A DNA stretch of 63,493 nucleotides, the filler included, from Basidiobolus ranarum (taxonomy: Eukaryota), in NCBI GenBank assembly GCA_040143965.1. It is 49 parts of 49 records of this genome, joined end to end, with 100 filler letters (N's around TTAATTAATTAA, not from the genome) between each part and the next. Parts side by side here need not be neighbours in the genome. Positions count along the whole stretch, not along the records: positions 1 to 1,205 come from JASJQH010006015.1; positions 1,306 to 2,509 come from JASJQH010006016.1; positions 2,610 to 3,813 come from JASJQH010006017.1; positions 3,914 to 5,117 come from JASJQH010006018.1; positions 5,218 to 6,420 come from JASJQH010006019.1; positions 6,521 to 7,723 come from JASJQH010006020.1; positions 7,824 to 9,026 come from JASJQH010006021.1; positions 9,127 to 10,329 come from JASJQH010006022.1; 41 more parts are not named here. One strand, written 5' to 3'. Shown here in pieces: positions 1 through 11,732 of the stretch; positions within the stretch are counted from its first letter, which is position 1; every line of letters starts with the position of its first letter. A model generated the notes under the pieces. That model was not told the origin of the DNA. It did no database searches and saw only the letters and a list, made by a program, of their open reading frames with translations. A program made the translations under genes and the position numbers.

Positions 1-468
1 CTATAAAGTCAAAGGTAAAAAATAATGATATGGTATCAGTTATACGCATGCCAAAAGTAAATATGTTTTTTAAAAGAGACTCACGTTTGTAGTGCACATC
101 AAGGGATGAGCGGTCTTTGTAACTCCTATAAAATCATAGGGGAAAAATAATGACATGCTATCAGTTATATACATGCCAAAAGTAAATATGTTTTTAAAAA
201 GAGACTCACGTTTGTAGTGCATGTTGAGGGATGAGCGGTCTTTGTGACTCCTGTAAAGTCAGAGATACAATATAATGACGTGGTAACAGTTATATGCACT
301 ATGGAAGTAAACAAGTTTTTAGAAAGAGGCTCACATTTGTAGTGCATGTTGACAGTCTACCACCAACGTAGCCCCTATAAAATCAGGGGCAACGCATAAA
401 GGCATATTTCCTGTACTACGCAGCTCAAAAGTTAGTAGGTTTTTGAAATTATAGAGGGTTCTGTAGTG
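1..468. repeat. ~125-bp degenerate tandem repeat, 3-4 units
   Basis: Units start CTATAAA/CTGTAAA at 1, 126, 251 and about 375. TGTAGTG recurs at 88, 213, 338 and 462. Confidence 0.85.
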
Positions 469-1053
469 CACATTGCTTTTATTTATATTATATGGAATAC
501 CTTAGTTACAAATACATTGCATTTTATACAACTTTTTAAATTTGTAGCACCTTTGTGCTGCACAGGTTACATAGCCCAAAAGCTTATTTTGATGACTATT
601 TTGTTGTTTTGTATATAAATAAACATGTATGGAGCTTAGTGCTAGTAGTATGTCAATATTTGTAAAACATGAGTAGAAAGCTTTTATCAACACTTTCAAT
701 ATTTCTAGATTTGTAATATAATTATGATATATCTAATATTCACTTTCTTCTTTATTTAATCTTTTGAACATCACAAAGTTCTTACAAATATTACTAATTC
801 ATAATGTTAATCAAGTTTCCTCATTACTCTCAATAGTATATAAAGGATATTCTCAACAAGTAATTTATGAATTATTAAGCTAAAAAGTAGCCAGTTAACC
901 TATGGTAAAATTATAATACTTAAAAGCTTTCAGAGTCTGAAGGAAAACATCTGCACTTTAATTTCCCAGAGACTTGCAAATTTACAAAAATTAAAAAATA
1001 TTCAATATCTGAGATATTTTTCTAAATTCATAAAAACTATGAAAGCTAGAATA

Positions 1054-1205
1054 TGTTAAAGTATTTGGGAGCCTGTTGGAAGTGGTTTGGAGAGTTAGAG
1101 GAATTGGTGGTTTTCACTTATTGATTTATTGAGTAGAAAGTTGACATTTATAGTTTTGTCAAGATGTAAACAAACTAACGTGTAGAATATGTTAAGGAAG
1201 GTCCC
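1054..1205 (-). mobile_element. Copia LTR family A fragment (also 12304-12443, 24960-25079, 25699-25938, 55405-55743)
   Basis: TGTTAAAGTATTTGGGAGCCTGTTGGAAG... matches the complete LTR at 54716-55063 in reverse. Confidence 0.85.
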
Positions 1206-1305
1206 NNNNNNNNNNNNNNNNNNNNNNNNNNNNNNNNNNNNNNNNNNNNTTAATTAATTAANNNNNNNNNNNNNNNNNNNNNNNNNNNNNNNNNNNNNNN
1301 NNNNN
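1206..1305. other. Artificial contig-joining linker N44-TTAATTAATTAA-N44 (first of 48, recurring about every 1.3 kb to 62203-62302)
   Basis: Identical 100-bp block with a six-frame stop cassette. Flanking contigs are sorted by size. Confidence 0.99.
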
Positions 1306-1530
1306 TGGGAGTAAAATGAGCTATCTTTGGGGCAATTTGGACGAGTTTGAAATTTCCAACATGGATTTGCTAATTCTCACATTATTCACATATATATATA
1401 ATATATGTTCTGGTTTTCAGCTAAGTGAAATCTGACTAAGTAATGTTAACTAACTTATATGTGTTATATGAAATAGTTAGGTGTATACAGATAGATATAA
1501 CAAATATGATAAAGACAATAAACTTCAACA
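1306..1530 (-). mobile_element. Copia LTR family B fragment (also 3914-4050, 19334-19440, 27487-27617, 30232-30405)
   Basis: Ends ...AATAAACTTCAACA and matches the LTR at 56357-56729 that abuts a PBS and gag. Confidence 0.8.
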
Positions 1531-1550
1531 CTCCCAACATAGTGGGTAAT

Positions 1551-2509
1551 ATGTCTACACTAACCCCTAAAATAGAAGATATCATGCAAGCTCTTACTGA
1601 GCTTCACCAAGAAAATCAACAACTTTATGCTTCTCTTGCCCAAGTACAGAATCTTGCTCCACCCAACTATCCTGCAAATCCAACTCCTGAGCCCAAGATC
1701 TCCCTACCAAATAAGTTTGATGGCACTTGCCAAAACTATTGTTGCTTTAATAACCAAGTAAAGCTCATCATCCAGTTACATCCCCATTGCTACCCCTCTG
1801 ACCAAGCAAAAGTAGGCTTAGTGGGAACACTATCAACAGGAACAGCTCTATAGTGGTTTGCTCCTTTGATGGAAAGTCAATCTCCACTTCTTTTGAACTT
1901 CCTTGCCTTTCTTACTTGATTGGAAGCCACATTTGGAAATGCAGATAAGGAAAGAACTTTGGCCACCAAGCTCCATGCACTTAAGCAAGGGGCAAAGCCT
2001 GCATCAACTTATGCTGCAGAATTCTGCCTTCTTGTCTGTGATCTCAATCAGGGAGAATCTGCCCTGATCAACCAATTCAAATATAGACTCCAAGAAAATA
2101 TTAAGCATCCTTTACTCACTATGGCTGACCCAGTGACCTTGACTGAAGCTATCCACCAGTCAGTTAAATGTGACAACAGGTTGTTTGAATGAGAACTACA
2201 AAGAAATATGGCTCCTTTCTTCTCTCCTTCATCATCTACTTTCAGACCTCCCTTCCATCAAACATAAAATACAGCTCAAGCAGATGACCCAATGCAAAAT
2301 GATGGAACTTGCTTCAGAAAGCTTAGTCCTGGGGGGAAATCTTGACACCAACAAGAGAATCTATGCCGCTATTGTGGAGCTCCTGGACATGTAGCAAGAA
2401 CCTGTACAAAAAAGAATTCTGGAAGTAAGGTCAACAAAATGCATGTAGAATAGAACTCTTCCCACCCCTTGGAAAACTTCAATGCCCTGCTGCAATAATG
2501 CGAATGCAG
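1551..2509 (+). mobile_element. Ty3/gypsy gag, degraded, with CCHC knuckle and gag-pol frameshift site
   Basis: PEPKISLPNKFDG..F.NQVKLIIQLHP, LKQG...YAAEF and LCRYCGAPGHVARTC motifs. In-frame stops. GGAAAAC at 2471. Confidence 0.85.
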
Positions 2510-2609
2510 NNNNNNNNNNNNNNNNNNNNNNNNNNNNNNNNNNNNNNNNNNNNTTAATTAATTAANNNNNNNNNNNNNNNNNNNNNNNNNNNNNNNNNNN
2601 NNNNNNNNN

Positions 2610-3813
2610 AAAATTGTGAAGTTTAGTGTTGTATTTGGATAGTAGTAATGCAAATGCCTGTTAGAGTAAACTCCATTGATTTAACAAAATCTACAGCAAC
2701 ATAGTGCATTTTGCCTGCACAAACCTCCACTCTTACCAGTTCCAGGAGTGTCACCAATACATACAATGATACTACCTTTAATAAAATATTCACCCATCTG
2801 AACCCCATTAGATAACCATTCAAATTCTGCAATCAAAGGCTCCAAGATGCTATCTACAAGCACTGGTGATTTAGATCCACATATGATGGATAGTATCAAA
2901 AATAATATGACTCTTATACCGTTCAGAAGGAGGAAGATTTAAGTTGATTAAAATTATTGGCCAGCAAGCCCTTTCAATGGTATATTTGTTTTGCAAGAAA
3001 CCATCCAGAGCCAATGCAAATGCATGATCATACATGTTCTCAAAGAAACCTTGACTTTTCAGATTCCATTAGTGCTATCCATTACATATATTGGTAATAC
3101 CATCAGCTTCATGGTGAGTACTTTGGTATTGGATCAATGATATATATTTAGGTGATTTCATCAAAACTTTAAAACGGGGAATTAACAGTATGTAAGCCAA
3201 TTATGAGCAATATTTACCTGATTCAGCAATTGCCAATTGTGTGTAAACAGTACATTTTATTATTATATTTATTTACTTCAGGTTTGTCAGATCACTGTTG
3301 ACATCCAAACAACCATTTGGACATAAAGGTAGTTTAATTACTGAAGGATTATAAGTTTTATGATTGGCAAGTGTTTTCCACTTGTACCAGGTCTGTGGCA
3401 AGCAACAGTTGTCAATCAACTATGGTAAAAGTTTAAGAAAATCAATAAACACCTGGTTGCTAAAATTTGATTGAGCTCTCCACTCCTCAATAATCAAGCT
3501 GCTTCCTTTACAGTAAGTATTATGAGAGGACTAATGTTTACTAATAATAATGAGTCTGTAACAAAACCATTCTCTTCTTCTTCAACTTCTAATATGCTAC
3601 CATTGGTACTGGAATAACCAAGGTCAACATCTGGCAGCAAGTCCTCAAAGTTGAATGGACTTACTTGCTCAACCAAAGTTGCATTTTGACCTACATCATT
3701 AGGGTCATAAAACTGTGGTAACTTCACAATATCTTGACTTTTGGCAGTGTTACCAAAACTTTGAGGCAAACTACAGTCAGTGGACTCAATGGGCAAAACC
3801 AAAGTCAATTTAG
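2610..3813 (-). mobile_element. EnSpm/CACTA-type (Transposase_21/tnp2-like) transposase fragment, degraded
   Basis: LSII.G.KSP...DS.LEPLIAEFEWLSNG...IGDTP. Homologous to many other copies in the window. Confidence 0.8.
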
Positions 3814-4050
3814 NNNNNNNNNNNNNNNNNNNNNNNNNNNNNNNNNNNNNNNNNNNNTTAATTAATTAANNNNNNNNNNNNNNNNNNNNNNNNNNNNNNN
3901 NNNNNNNNNNNNNAACCCCAGTGTTAGTTTTCTGTATTTCCACAAAAAAGTATAAATGCTTTATTTCTGGACAATAAACAATTATCTCACAAAGCTATTC
4001 ACAACTCCACTTTTCTAAAGTTCCCCCAAACAGCCCATATTTTCCCAATA

Positions 4051-5117
4051 TCATCTAGGTGTTTATTTAAATGCAAAGACTGGAAGTATTGGATTTGTAT
4101 ATATTCAAGTGGAATTTTGAAAAGATATCTGCCTGATAAGTATTGGCAGCATTGGGAGTTGTTTGTGGATATTGTTAATATATTCTTGCGGCATCAACTC
4201 ACATTGGCAGATCTCAGACAGATACAGCAACTGTGCAAAGATTTTGTAATTGGATATGAAAAACTTTATTACAGGTTTAAAGAAGATGGACTGAATCTAT
4301 GCCAGTCTTCAATACATTCCCTGCTGCATCTTTCACAGTGCTTAGAGATTATAGGCCCTTGCAATACATTCTGGGAGTTCCCTATGGAGCACACCTGTGG
4401 TGAAATGATGCTCTGTGTGAAATTGTCATTATTACCATATGTTAATCTGATTAACAATGTATCAGCTAAATCAGTGATGGATGTAATGTGATGGGTTAAG
4501 GAGACTCCAGAGTTTATTAACATATGAACAAAGGGCTCTTTTCAATGTGCTCATGGGTTTTTGCATTGTTAGAGCACAATAACTGCAACAAAGCCCAATT
4601 GATGGACACAGAGTAAGTACCTGTATAATTGGACTAATTTGCTTGTGTGATAATTTGATGGTACTTTTAGGAAAGCTGCAAGACAGACTTCTTGGTGAGA
4701 TGGATTGAGATACACAGCATTATCATTTTAGCCATTGGGTAATCTATTCCAGCAAGGAAACATTTACTTGTGGCAGGACATTTGTTGACTGCAAGTTGGG
4801 GACATATTGGCTGAATTCTTTACGGAAATTTGCCAAAACCCAAGAGGTTATTCTCATTGTGAAAGGTAACAAAGAGTCAGCTATTTGCCAAGTGTCAGTG
4901 CTATTCAAAATTTCAGATGTTTAGCAATTTTTCCACCTTGAGTTTGCTGGTCAAGCATATTGATGTTGTTGGATTATGTTTAATCAGTCAAGGATGTGCA
5001 TATGTAGAGACTAAACACAATTAGATTCTTGTATTTTTTGATTCTCATTATGGCTGGAATACAAAGCCTAAAATATATAAACAAAGGCATGCATATTTAA
5101 TCAAATCCCTACCACAG
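4051..5117 (+). mobile_element. EnSpm-type transposase C-terminal half (DUF4218-like region)
   Basis: YLPDKYWQHWELFV...IHSLLHLSQCLEIIGPC.TFWEFPME.TCG. Confidence 0.8.
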
Positions 5118-5217
5118 NNNNNNNNNNNNNNNNNNNNNNNNNNNNNNNNNNNNNNNNNNNNTTAATTAATTAANNNNNNNNNNNNNNNNNNNNNNNNNNN
5201 NNNNNNNNNNNNNNNNN

Positions 5218-6420
5218 ATCAAAACTCAAAACTTATATAAGCTGGAAATCAACAAATTGCATTCTGAGCAAGCAAACTTGGCCAAAACTGGTGAAATAAG
5301 CTGGCAAAGATGGCATAGGAGGTTAGGCCAGATTGGCGGACAAAAACTGACCCAAATGATCCAAAATCAGCTTGTCTCAGGCTTGGAAATTGAAAATATC
5401 ACTAAATTGGATCTGTGTGAAGGTTGCATATATGGAAAATATCACAGACAGCCATTTTCAAGCTTTGGAGAGCTTGAATCCACTCAGAATTTTGCCATGA
5501 TTCATTCTGACCTATGTTGGCCCATGAACAATGTCTCACCAGATGGGAAAAGGTACTTTATGATCTTTATTGATGACAAAACAAGATATACTTGGGTATC
5601 CTTCTCAAATCTAAATCCAAAGCCTTTGCTACAATCATTTACTACAAAGCAATGGTAGAGAAAGAATCAGCACAAAAAATATGGGTACTGAGGAGTGATA
5701 ATGGTGGAGAATACTGCTCTAAAGACTTTGCTAGTTTTTGCTCTAAACATGGAATTAAGCAACAAACTACTGTACCTCATACTCCACAGCAAAATGGAGT
5801 TGCAGAACATGCTAATAGGACCATAGTGGAGATGGCAAGATCAATGTTACATGATCAAAAGTTAGATTACTATTGTTGGGCTGAATCTGTCTCCACTGCA
5901 GTCTATATCAAAAACAGATGCCTAACAAGTTTGCTACAAAATTCTACTCCTTTTGAAGCCCTATTTGGATCAAAACCAAGTGTGGATCATTTCAGGATCT
6001 TTGGTTGCACAGCATATTGCCTAATTCCAGCTAAAAATGCTCAAGATAGGAACCCAAAAGCAGTAAATGCATATTTCTTGGTTACTATGATGAATCCAAT
6101 GCCTCCAGACTGCTTGATACCAAAAAACAGAAGTTAATCAAGTGCAGAGATGTGATATTTAAACAAAAAGCATATTTTTCACCTCAAATCATGGTTCTTG
6201 ATCCAGATAACACAATCATCACTATTCAGGAAGTGTCTGACAAAGTTCCAGCTGTATCAGAGCCCTGTTCAACCAGTATTTCAGTCCTAATTACATCAAA
6301 GAATGATTCAAGACCCAGAAGATCATCCAGAAGGAGAAATAAGCCAGGAAACTGGTGGAGCACTTCCAATAATGATGTATATGCTAATACCGCATTCTGT
6401 GATGAGCCACAGACTTTAGA
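5218..6420 (+). mobile_element. Ty1/copia GAG-pre-integrase and integrase, frameshifted
   Basis: WHRRLGQ, CEGCIYGK, HSDLC, LRSDNGGEY, PQQNGVAE.ANRTI. Confidence 0.92.
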
Positions 6421-6520
6421 NNNNNNNNNNNNNNNNNNNNNNNNNNNNNNNNNNNNNNNNNNNNTTAATTAATTAANNNNNNNNNNNNNNNNNNNNNNNN
6501 NNNNNNNNNNNNNNNNNNNN

Positions 6521-7141
6521 GTTTAGTCTCTACATATACACATACTTGACTGATCAGACATAACTCAACAACATTAATATGCTTTACCAGCAAACTAATG
6601 GTGGAAAAATTGCTAAACATACAAAATTTTGAATAGCACTGACACTTGTCAAATAGCTGACTCTTGTTACCACTCACAATGAAAATAAGTTCTTTGATTT
6701 TGGCAAATTTCCATAAAGAATTCAGCCAAAATGTCCCCAACTTGCAGTCAACAAATGGCCTGGCACAAGTAGATGTGTCATTGCTTGAATCAATTACCCC
6801 ATGGCTAAAACAATAATACCGTATATCTCAATCTATCTCATGAAGAAGTCTGTCTTGCAGCTTTCATAGAAATACTGTCAGATTATTGCATAAACAAATT
6901 AGTCAAAATTATAGAGATACTTACTCTGTGTCCATGGATTGAGTTTTGTTGCTGTTATGGCACTCAAACAATGCAAAAGTCTGTGAGCACATTGAAAAGA
7001 GCCCATTGTTGGAAGGTTAATCTATACTGGAGGCTCCTTAAACCATCACATTACATCCATCTTTGATTTTGCTGATACACTGTTAATCAGATTAGCATAT
7101 AGTAATACTGACAATTTCACATGGAGTATCATTTCACCACA
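6521..7141 (-). mobile_element. EnSpm-type transposase 3' part
   Basis: WLNSLWKFAK...CQCYSKF..FSNFSTISLLVKHI, shared with 36965-37405. Confidence 0.75.
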
Positions 7142-7723
7142 CCCTAACGGAAATTTGAGGATTGTTATTGTAGAAAACAATCACAATTTTTATCCATTTT
7201 GGATTGACCATTTACTTATCATCATAAAATCATCAAGTTAGAATTGATTTTAATCAATTTTTTCCATTTCAGGAGTGAAATTCAAGATCTTGCAAAATAG
7301 TTGCACATGATTGACTACAATCTCAGAGAACTATGGATCAGCACATATGCAAGAAACATAACTCAAATTTTACACATTTACCACTTGAACACTAATTTGT
7401 CACCTTACAAATTCCTAGTTTCTTTGATTTACTCTCTAGAATAGTTTTATAGAGTTCTTCATACTCAAGGTTTAGCTCAGATCTAACACAAGTTTGTATC
7501 AATATCCCCATCAAAGCCAACCATTTTATTAACATTGCTGAATCAACATTCTTCCAGCTATATGGCAGATACCCTGCAATATTGTGCCACTCTGTATTAA
7601 GTTCAACCCACATATCTGCACAGTCAACACCAGACTGAATATCAAGTTGAATGTTCTTGTTCGGAAGGCACTTTCTGCATACTTGCACTGCATTTTCCAT
7701 TCATACTTTTGAAAATACTCCTC
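7142..7723 (+). mobile_element. EnSpm-type element left end (TIR CCCTAACGGAAAT) plus 3' end of accessory ORF (7392-7700, minus), nested in another copy
   Basis: The same terminus occurs at 55071 (+), 31626 (-) and 49403 (-), each time at an abrupt homology break. Confidence 0.75.
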
Positions 7724-7823
7724 NNNNNNNNNNNNNNNNNNNNNNNNNNNNNNNNNNNNNNNNNNNNTTAATTAATTAANNNNNNNNNNNNNNNNNNNNN
7801 NNNNNNNNNNNNNNNNNNNNNNN

Positions 7824-8936
7824 ATAGTTACTGTACAAAGCCACCAGTGGCACAAAGCCTGGTGTATAGCAACATTAATAAGTGCACTAAATTGACTTTA
7901 GTTTTGCCTATTGAGTCCACTGACTGTTGTTTGCCTCAAAGTTTTGGTAACACTGCCAAAAGTCAAGATACTGTAGAGTTACCACAGTTATATGACCATA
8001 ATGATGTAGGTCCAAATGCAACTTTGGTCAAACTAGTAAGTCCAGACAACTTTGAGGATCTGCTGCTAGATGTTGACCTTGATTATTCCAGTACCAATGG
8101 TAGTATATCAGAAGTTGAAGAAGACAATGGTTTTGTTACAGACTGTTTGTTATTGGCAAACATCAGTCCACTCATCAAACGTACAGTAAAGGAAGCAGCT
8201 GTGATTATTGAGGAGAGGAGAATTCAATCCAATCTTAGCAACCAGGTGTTTATTGGCTTTCTGACACTTTTACCACAGTTGATTGGTAACTGTTGTTTGC
8301 CACAGACCTGGTAAAAGTGGAAAACACTTGTCAATTGTATGACTTATAATCCTTCAGTAATTAAACTACATTCAGGTCCAAATGATTGTTTGGCTTTCAC
8401 CAGTGATCTGAAAAACCTGAAGTCATGTACTGTTTGCACACAATTGGCAATTACTAAATCAGGTAAATATTGTTCATATTTGGCTTACACACCATTGATT
8501 CCCCATCTTAAAATTTTGATGAAATCACCTAAATATAGATCATTGATCCAATACCAAGGTACTTACTGTAAAGCTGATGGTATTACCAATTTACTTGATA
8601 GATATCACTACCAGAATCTGAAAAGGCAAGGTTTCTTTGAGAACACATATAATCATGCATTTACATTGGCTCTGGATGGTATCTCACTAAACAAATATAC
8701 TGTTGGAAAGGCTTGCTGGCCAATAATTTAAATCTTCCTCCTTCTGAATGGTACAGGAGTCATAGTATTTTTATACTATCCATCATATCTGGACCTAAAT
8801 CACCAATGTCTATAGATAGCTTCTTGGAGCCTTTGATTGAGGAATTTGAATGGTTATCTAATGGGGTTCAGATGGGTGAATATTTTATTAAAGCAAATAT
8901 CATTGTATGTATTGGTGACACTCCTGCCTTCAGTAA
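7824..8936 (+). mobile_element. EnSpm-type transposase N-terminal and catalytic region, degraded
   Basis: FTLALDG...CWPII..LNLPPSEWY....ILSIISGPKSP.SIDSFLEPLIEEFEWL. Confidence 0.85.
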
Positions 8937-9026
8937 CCCTAACAAAAATAAAATCGATTTGATCCGGATCGGATCCACCCTCCGAAATAGCAAAACCGTC
9001 AGAGAACCGTCACAATATCGTTGGCT
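8937..9026 (-). mobile_element. Young EnSpm-type right terminus (TIR CCCTAACAAAAAT), CpG-intact
   Basis: Identical over 90 bp to 32324-32413. Interrupts the transposase ORF. Confidence 0.85.
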
Positions 9027-9126
9027 NNNNNNNNNNNNNNNNNNNNNNNNNNNNNNNNNNNNNNNNNNNNTTAATTAATTAANNNNNNNNNNNNNNNNNN
9101 NNNNNNNNNNNNNNNNNNNNNNNNNN

Positions 9127-10329
9127 TAGCAACTTCATAGTTTTTACTTATGATTGCATACAAATCATTACGGTGTTCTGCCTGCAATTCCCTTATTGTA
9201 ATAATTCTATCCAAATTTTCTACAGAGGGTTGTTCAATAGTTGGCAAAGTAGCCATTTTGGAAGTTGATGGTCTTGATAGTGTTTTGGTTGAACCTTGCT
9301 CAACTATTGATTTACTATGTAATTGGGGGATTACAATCTCTTCACTTGCACTATTGCTGGAAAGGAACACATCTGGTCAATTGATTAATGCTTTATCCTT
9401 ACTAGAGTTAGTTTCCGGCATGTTAGTGCCTTCCAAAGTGGATAGTGGATCACTAGACTGCTCATCAATCAATTCCTCCGTTCTTGCTGGTTTTTTTCCT
9501 TTTATGCCAGGAGGCTTAGGCTTGGAAGCCAATTTTGACTTAGATTTTGAACACTTTTTGAATGGCATTGAAATTTTCAGATGGTAAACTTGGTGTAAAG
9601 AAATTGCTTAGAAACAGATTATAATAAACCAAAATTGCCATCCATTACTGGAAATATCTTATAAACCCCTGATGGCTCATCTGTGACACTGTCTCAGAAT
9701 CAGCTGATGATTTTGATGGGCTATACCTAAAATGCCACCCTTACATGGGAGGTGTTCTTTTTTCCACAATATCCTTCTCATGCCACAACACAAACACTGA
9801 AAGAAGCCCTGCTATTATTGTTGCAAATTCTTGTGCTATTAAAGCTGGAGGCTTTATAGAAAAATTAATCACAAGCATGGTCATGGTACAAAGTCACCAG
9901 CTGCTGAAAGCCTGGTGTATTACAACAATAATCAGTACACTAACTTGACTTTAGTTTTGCCTATTGAGTCCACTGACTGTGGTTTGTCTCAAAGTTTTGG
10001 TAACACTGCCAAAAGTCAAGATACCATGGAGTTTACACAGTTATATGATCAGAATGATGTAGGTCAAAATGCAACTTTAGTTAAACCAGTAAGTCCAGAC
10101 AACTTTGAGGACTTGCTGCTAGATGTTGACCTTGATTGTTCCAGTACTGATGGCAGTATATCAGAAGTTGAAGAAGAAGATGACAGTTTCATTACAGACT
10201 CTTTGTTATTGGCAAACATTAGTCCAACCATAACACTTACAGTAAACAAAGCAGCTTTGATTATTGAGGAGTGGAGAGTTCAATCTAATCTTAGCAACCA
10301 GGTGTTTATTGGTTTTCTTACATTTTTAG
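9127..10329. mobile_element. EnSpm-type central region: accessory ORF (9127-9568, minus, MPFKK...) and transposase 5' end (9780+, plus, MPQHK...), divergent
   Basis: The same divergent arrangement is seen at 16940-18020 and 26039-27237. Confidence 0.75.
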
Positions 10330-10430
10330 NNNNNNNNNNNNNNNNNNNNNNNNNNNNNNNNNNNNNNNNNNNNTTAATTAATTAANNNNNNNNNNNNNNN
10401 NNNNNNNNNNNNNNNNNNNNNNNNNNNNNC

Positions 10431-10595
10431 TACTCTGGATTGGAGGATACCATGATCAAGGCATGTGAAGAGACTCGTTTGACTGCTGAAGAGTTTGAAA
10501 GCAATGATTACCGTACTGCAGCTATTGCCAATGCCATCCGCAAGATTGCCTCGTGCTTAGAGGGCACTGGTATCATGTTCACTAGTCGAGGTTAA
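10431..10595 (+). CDS. Glutamate dehydrogenase (GLUD1/animal-type), C-terminal fragment
   Basis: YSGLEDTMIKACEETRLTAEEFESNDYRTAAIANAIRKIASCLEGTGIMFTSRG*, resembling the GLUD1 C-terminus (HSGL.YTM...DLRTAAY.NAI.KV). Confidence 0.85.
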   Translation, partial: YSGLEDTMIKACEETRLTAEEFESNDYRTAAIANAIRKIASCLEGTGIMFTSRG

Positions 10596-11210
10596 ATTTG
10601 ATCGATTGTTCCTACTATAATCTAAAAACTCCTGTAATAAATCTAATATATATAAACGGCACATGGTGAACCTTAATATGCCATAAGCTTTTTAATCCGA
10701 AGGGGATAATTGTTTAGATTAATATACGCGATGTGGCGTTTAAATTCAAGAGGTTTATCTCGTGATAATTTGTCTACTCCGTAATCTTCCGAACAATTTT
10801 TCTGGACAAATGACGAAAATGGTCGGAGAGGCGCATGGTCCCTTTCGGGGTTTGCAAATCACTACAGAATTTTGTTCAAATCTCTGATGGGTTTGCTCTA
10901 TTTCATGTGTAGTCAACCTCATTTGTTTTTTTACGTAGTTCAATACAACTCATTTCCTTAAAAGGAACTCCTGTATATAAACGTCTCCATATTTTAGCTT
11001 AAATTTAGGGAGATTTCCATAATAGTATTCGGAATCCACAGCCCTCTTTCGCTTAACCGAAGCGATCACACTTTTTTTTAAGTAATTCAGCCGTCATCTA
11101 GCTCTGGTTGCTTGCTGCATTCAAAGTCATTGAGTGGCTATCGATTACAGTCCGCCTAAGCTATCCGATGAGAAATACAGTTAACTGGATATTCCAAACC
11201 TTCATCTTGT

Positions 11211-11397
11211 GATAAATATTATCAAATCCTATTATCAAATCCCTTACCAATTACTGTAATCGATGACATATATATACACTGACCCGATGAAGAAATTTGA
11301 TAATGATATTTTGTGCATTACTCCAATGAGTATCCGCAAGTCATGAGATTTTTAGTAAGAAATCCCTCCTGATACACGATAAGAATTTCTTATAAAA
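11211..11397 (+). promoter_or_regulatory. GDH promoter: GATAA/TTATC cluster and TATA box
   Basis: GATA sites at 11211, 11219, 11232, 11299 and 11378. TATAAAA at 11391. Confidence 0.5.
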
Positions 11398-11440
11398 GGT
11401 AGAGTCAAATCGTTCTAGATACTCATTACTCAAGTTAAAT

Positions 11441-11632
11441 ATGTCCTCCACTAAATATCACGGAAACGAAAACGCCGCTTGTGAAGCTCACGAGCCCAAC
11501 TTCCTTCAATGTGTTGAGGAGTTCTTTGATATTGCCGCCAAGGCTAGTGGAGTCAAGAAATCTTTATTGAACACCATCAGAGGTGTCGACGCTGTCCTTA
11601 GCGTCACCTTCCCCATCGAGCGTGAAGATGGT
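11441..11632 (+). CDS. Glutamate dehydrogenase (GLUD1/animal-type), N-terminal fragment, second tandem copy
   Basis: EPNFLQCVEEFFDIAA...VLSVTFPIEREDG, resembling GLUD1 DPNFFKMVEGFFDRG...VLSLSFPIRRDDG. Confidence 0.88.
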
Positions 11633-11732
11633 NNNNNNNNNNNNNNNNNNNNNNNNNNNNNNNNNNNNNNNNNNNNTTAATTAATTAANNNNNNNNNNNN
11701 NNNNNNNNNNNNNNNNNNNNNNNNNNNNNNNN

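Noticed and set aside
7142..7154. CCCTAAC/GTTAGGG at EnSpm ends as true telomeres or telomere healing
   Set aside because: Single unit, always followed by the same subterminal sequence, so it is the TIR.
9150..9587. Recurrent antisense ORFs (also 17343-17606, 26584-26790, 19485-19844, 20967-21428)
   Set aside because: Shadow frames opposite real coding sequence. Recurrence reflects repeat copies, not independent conservation.
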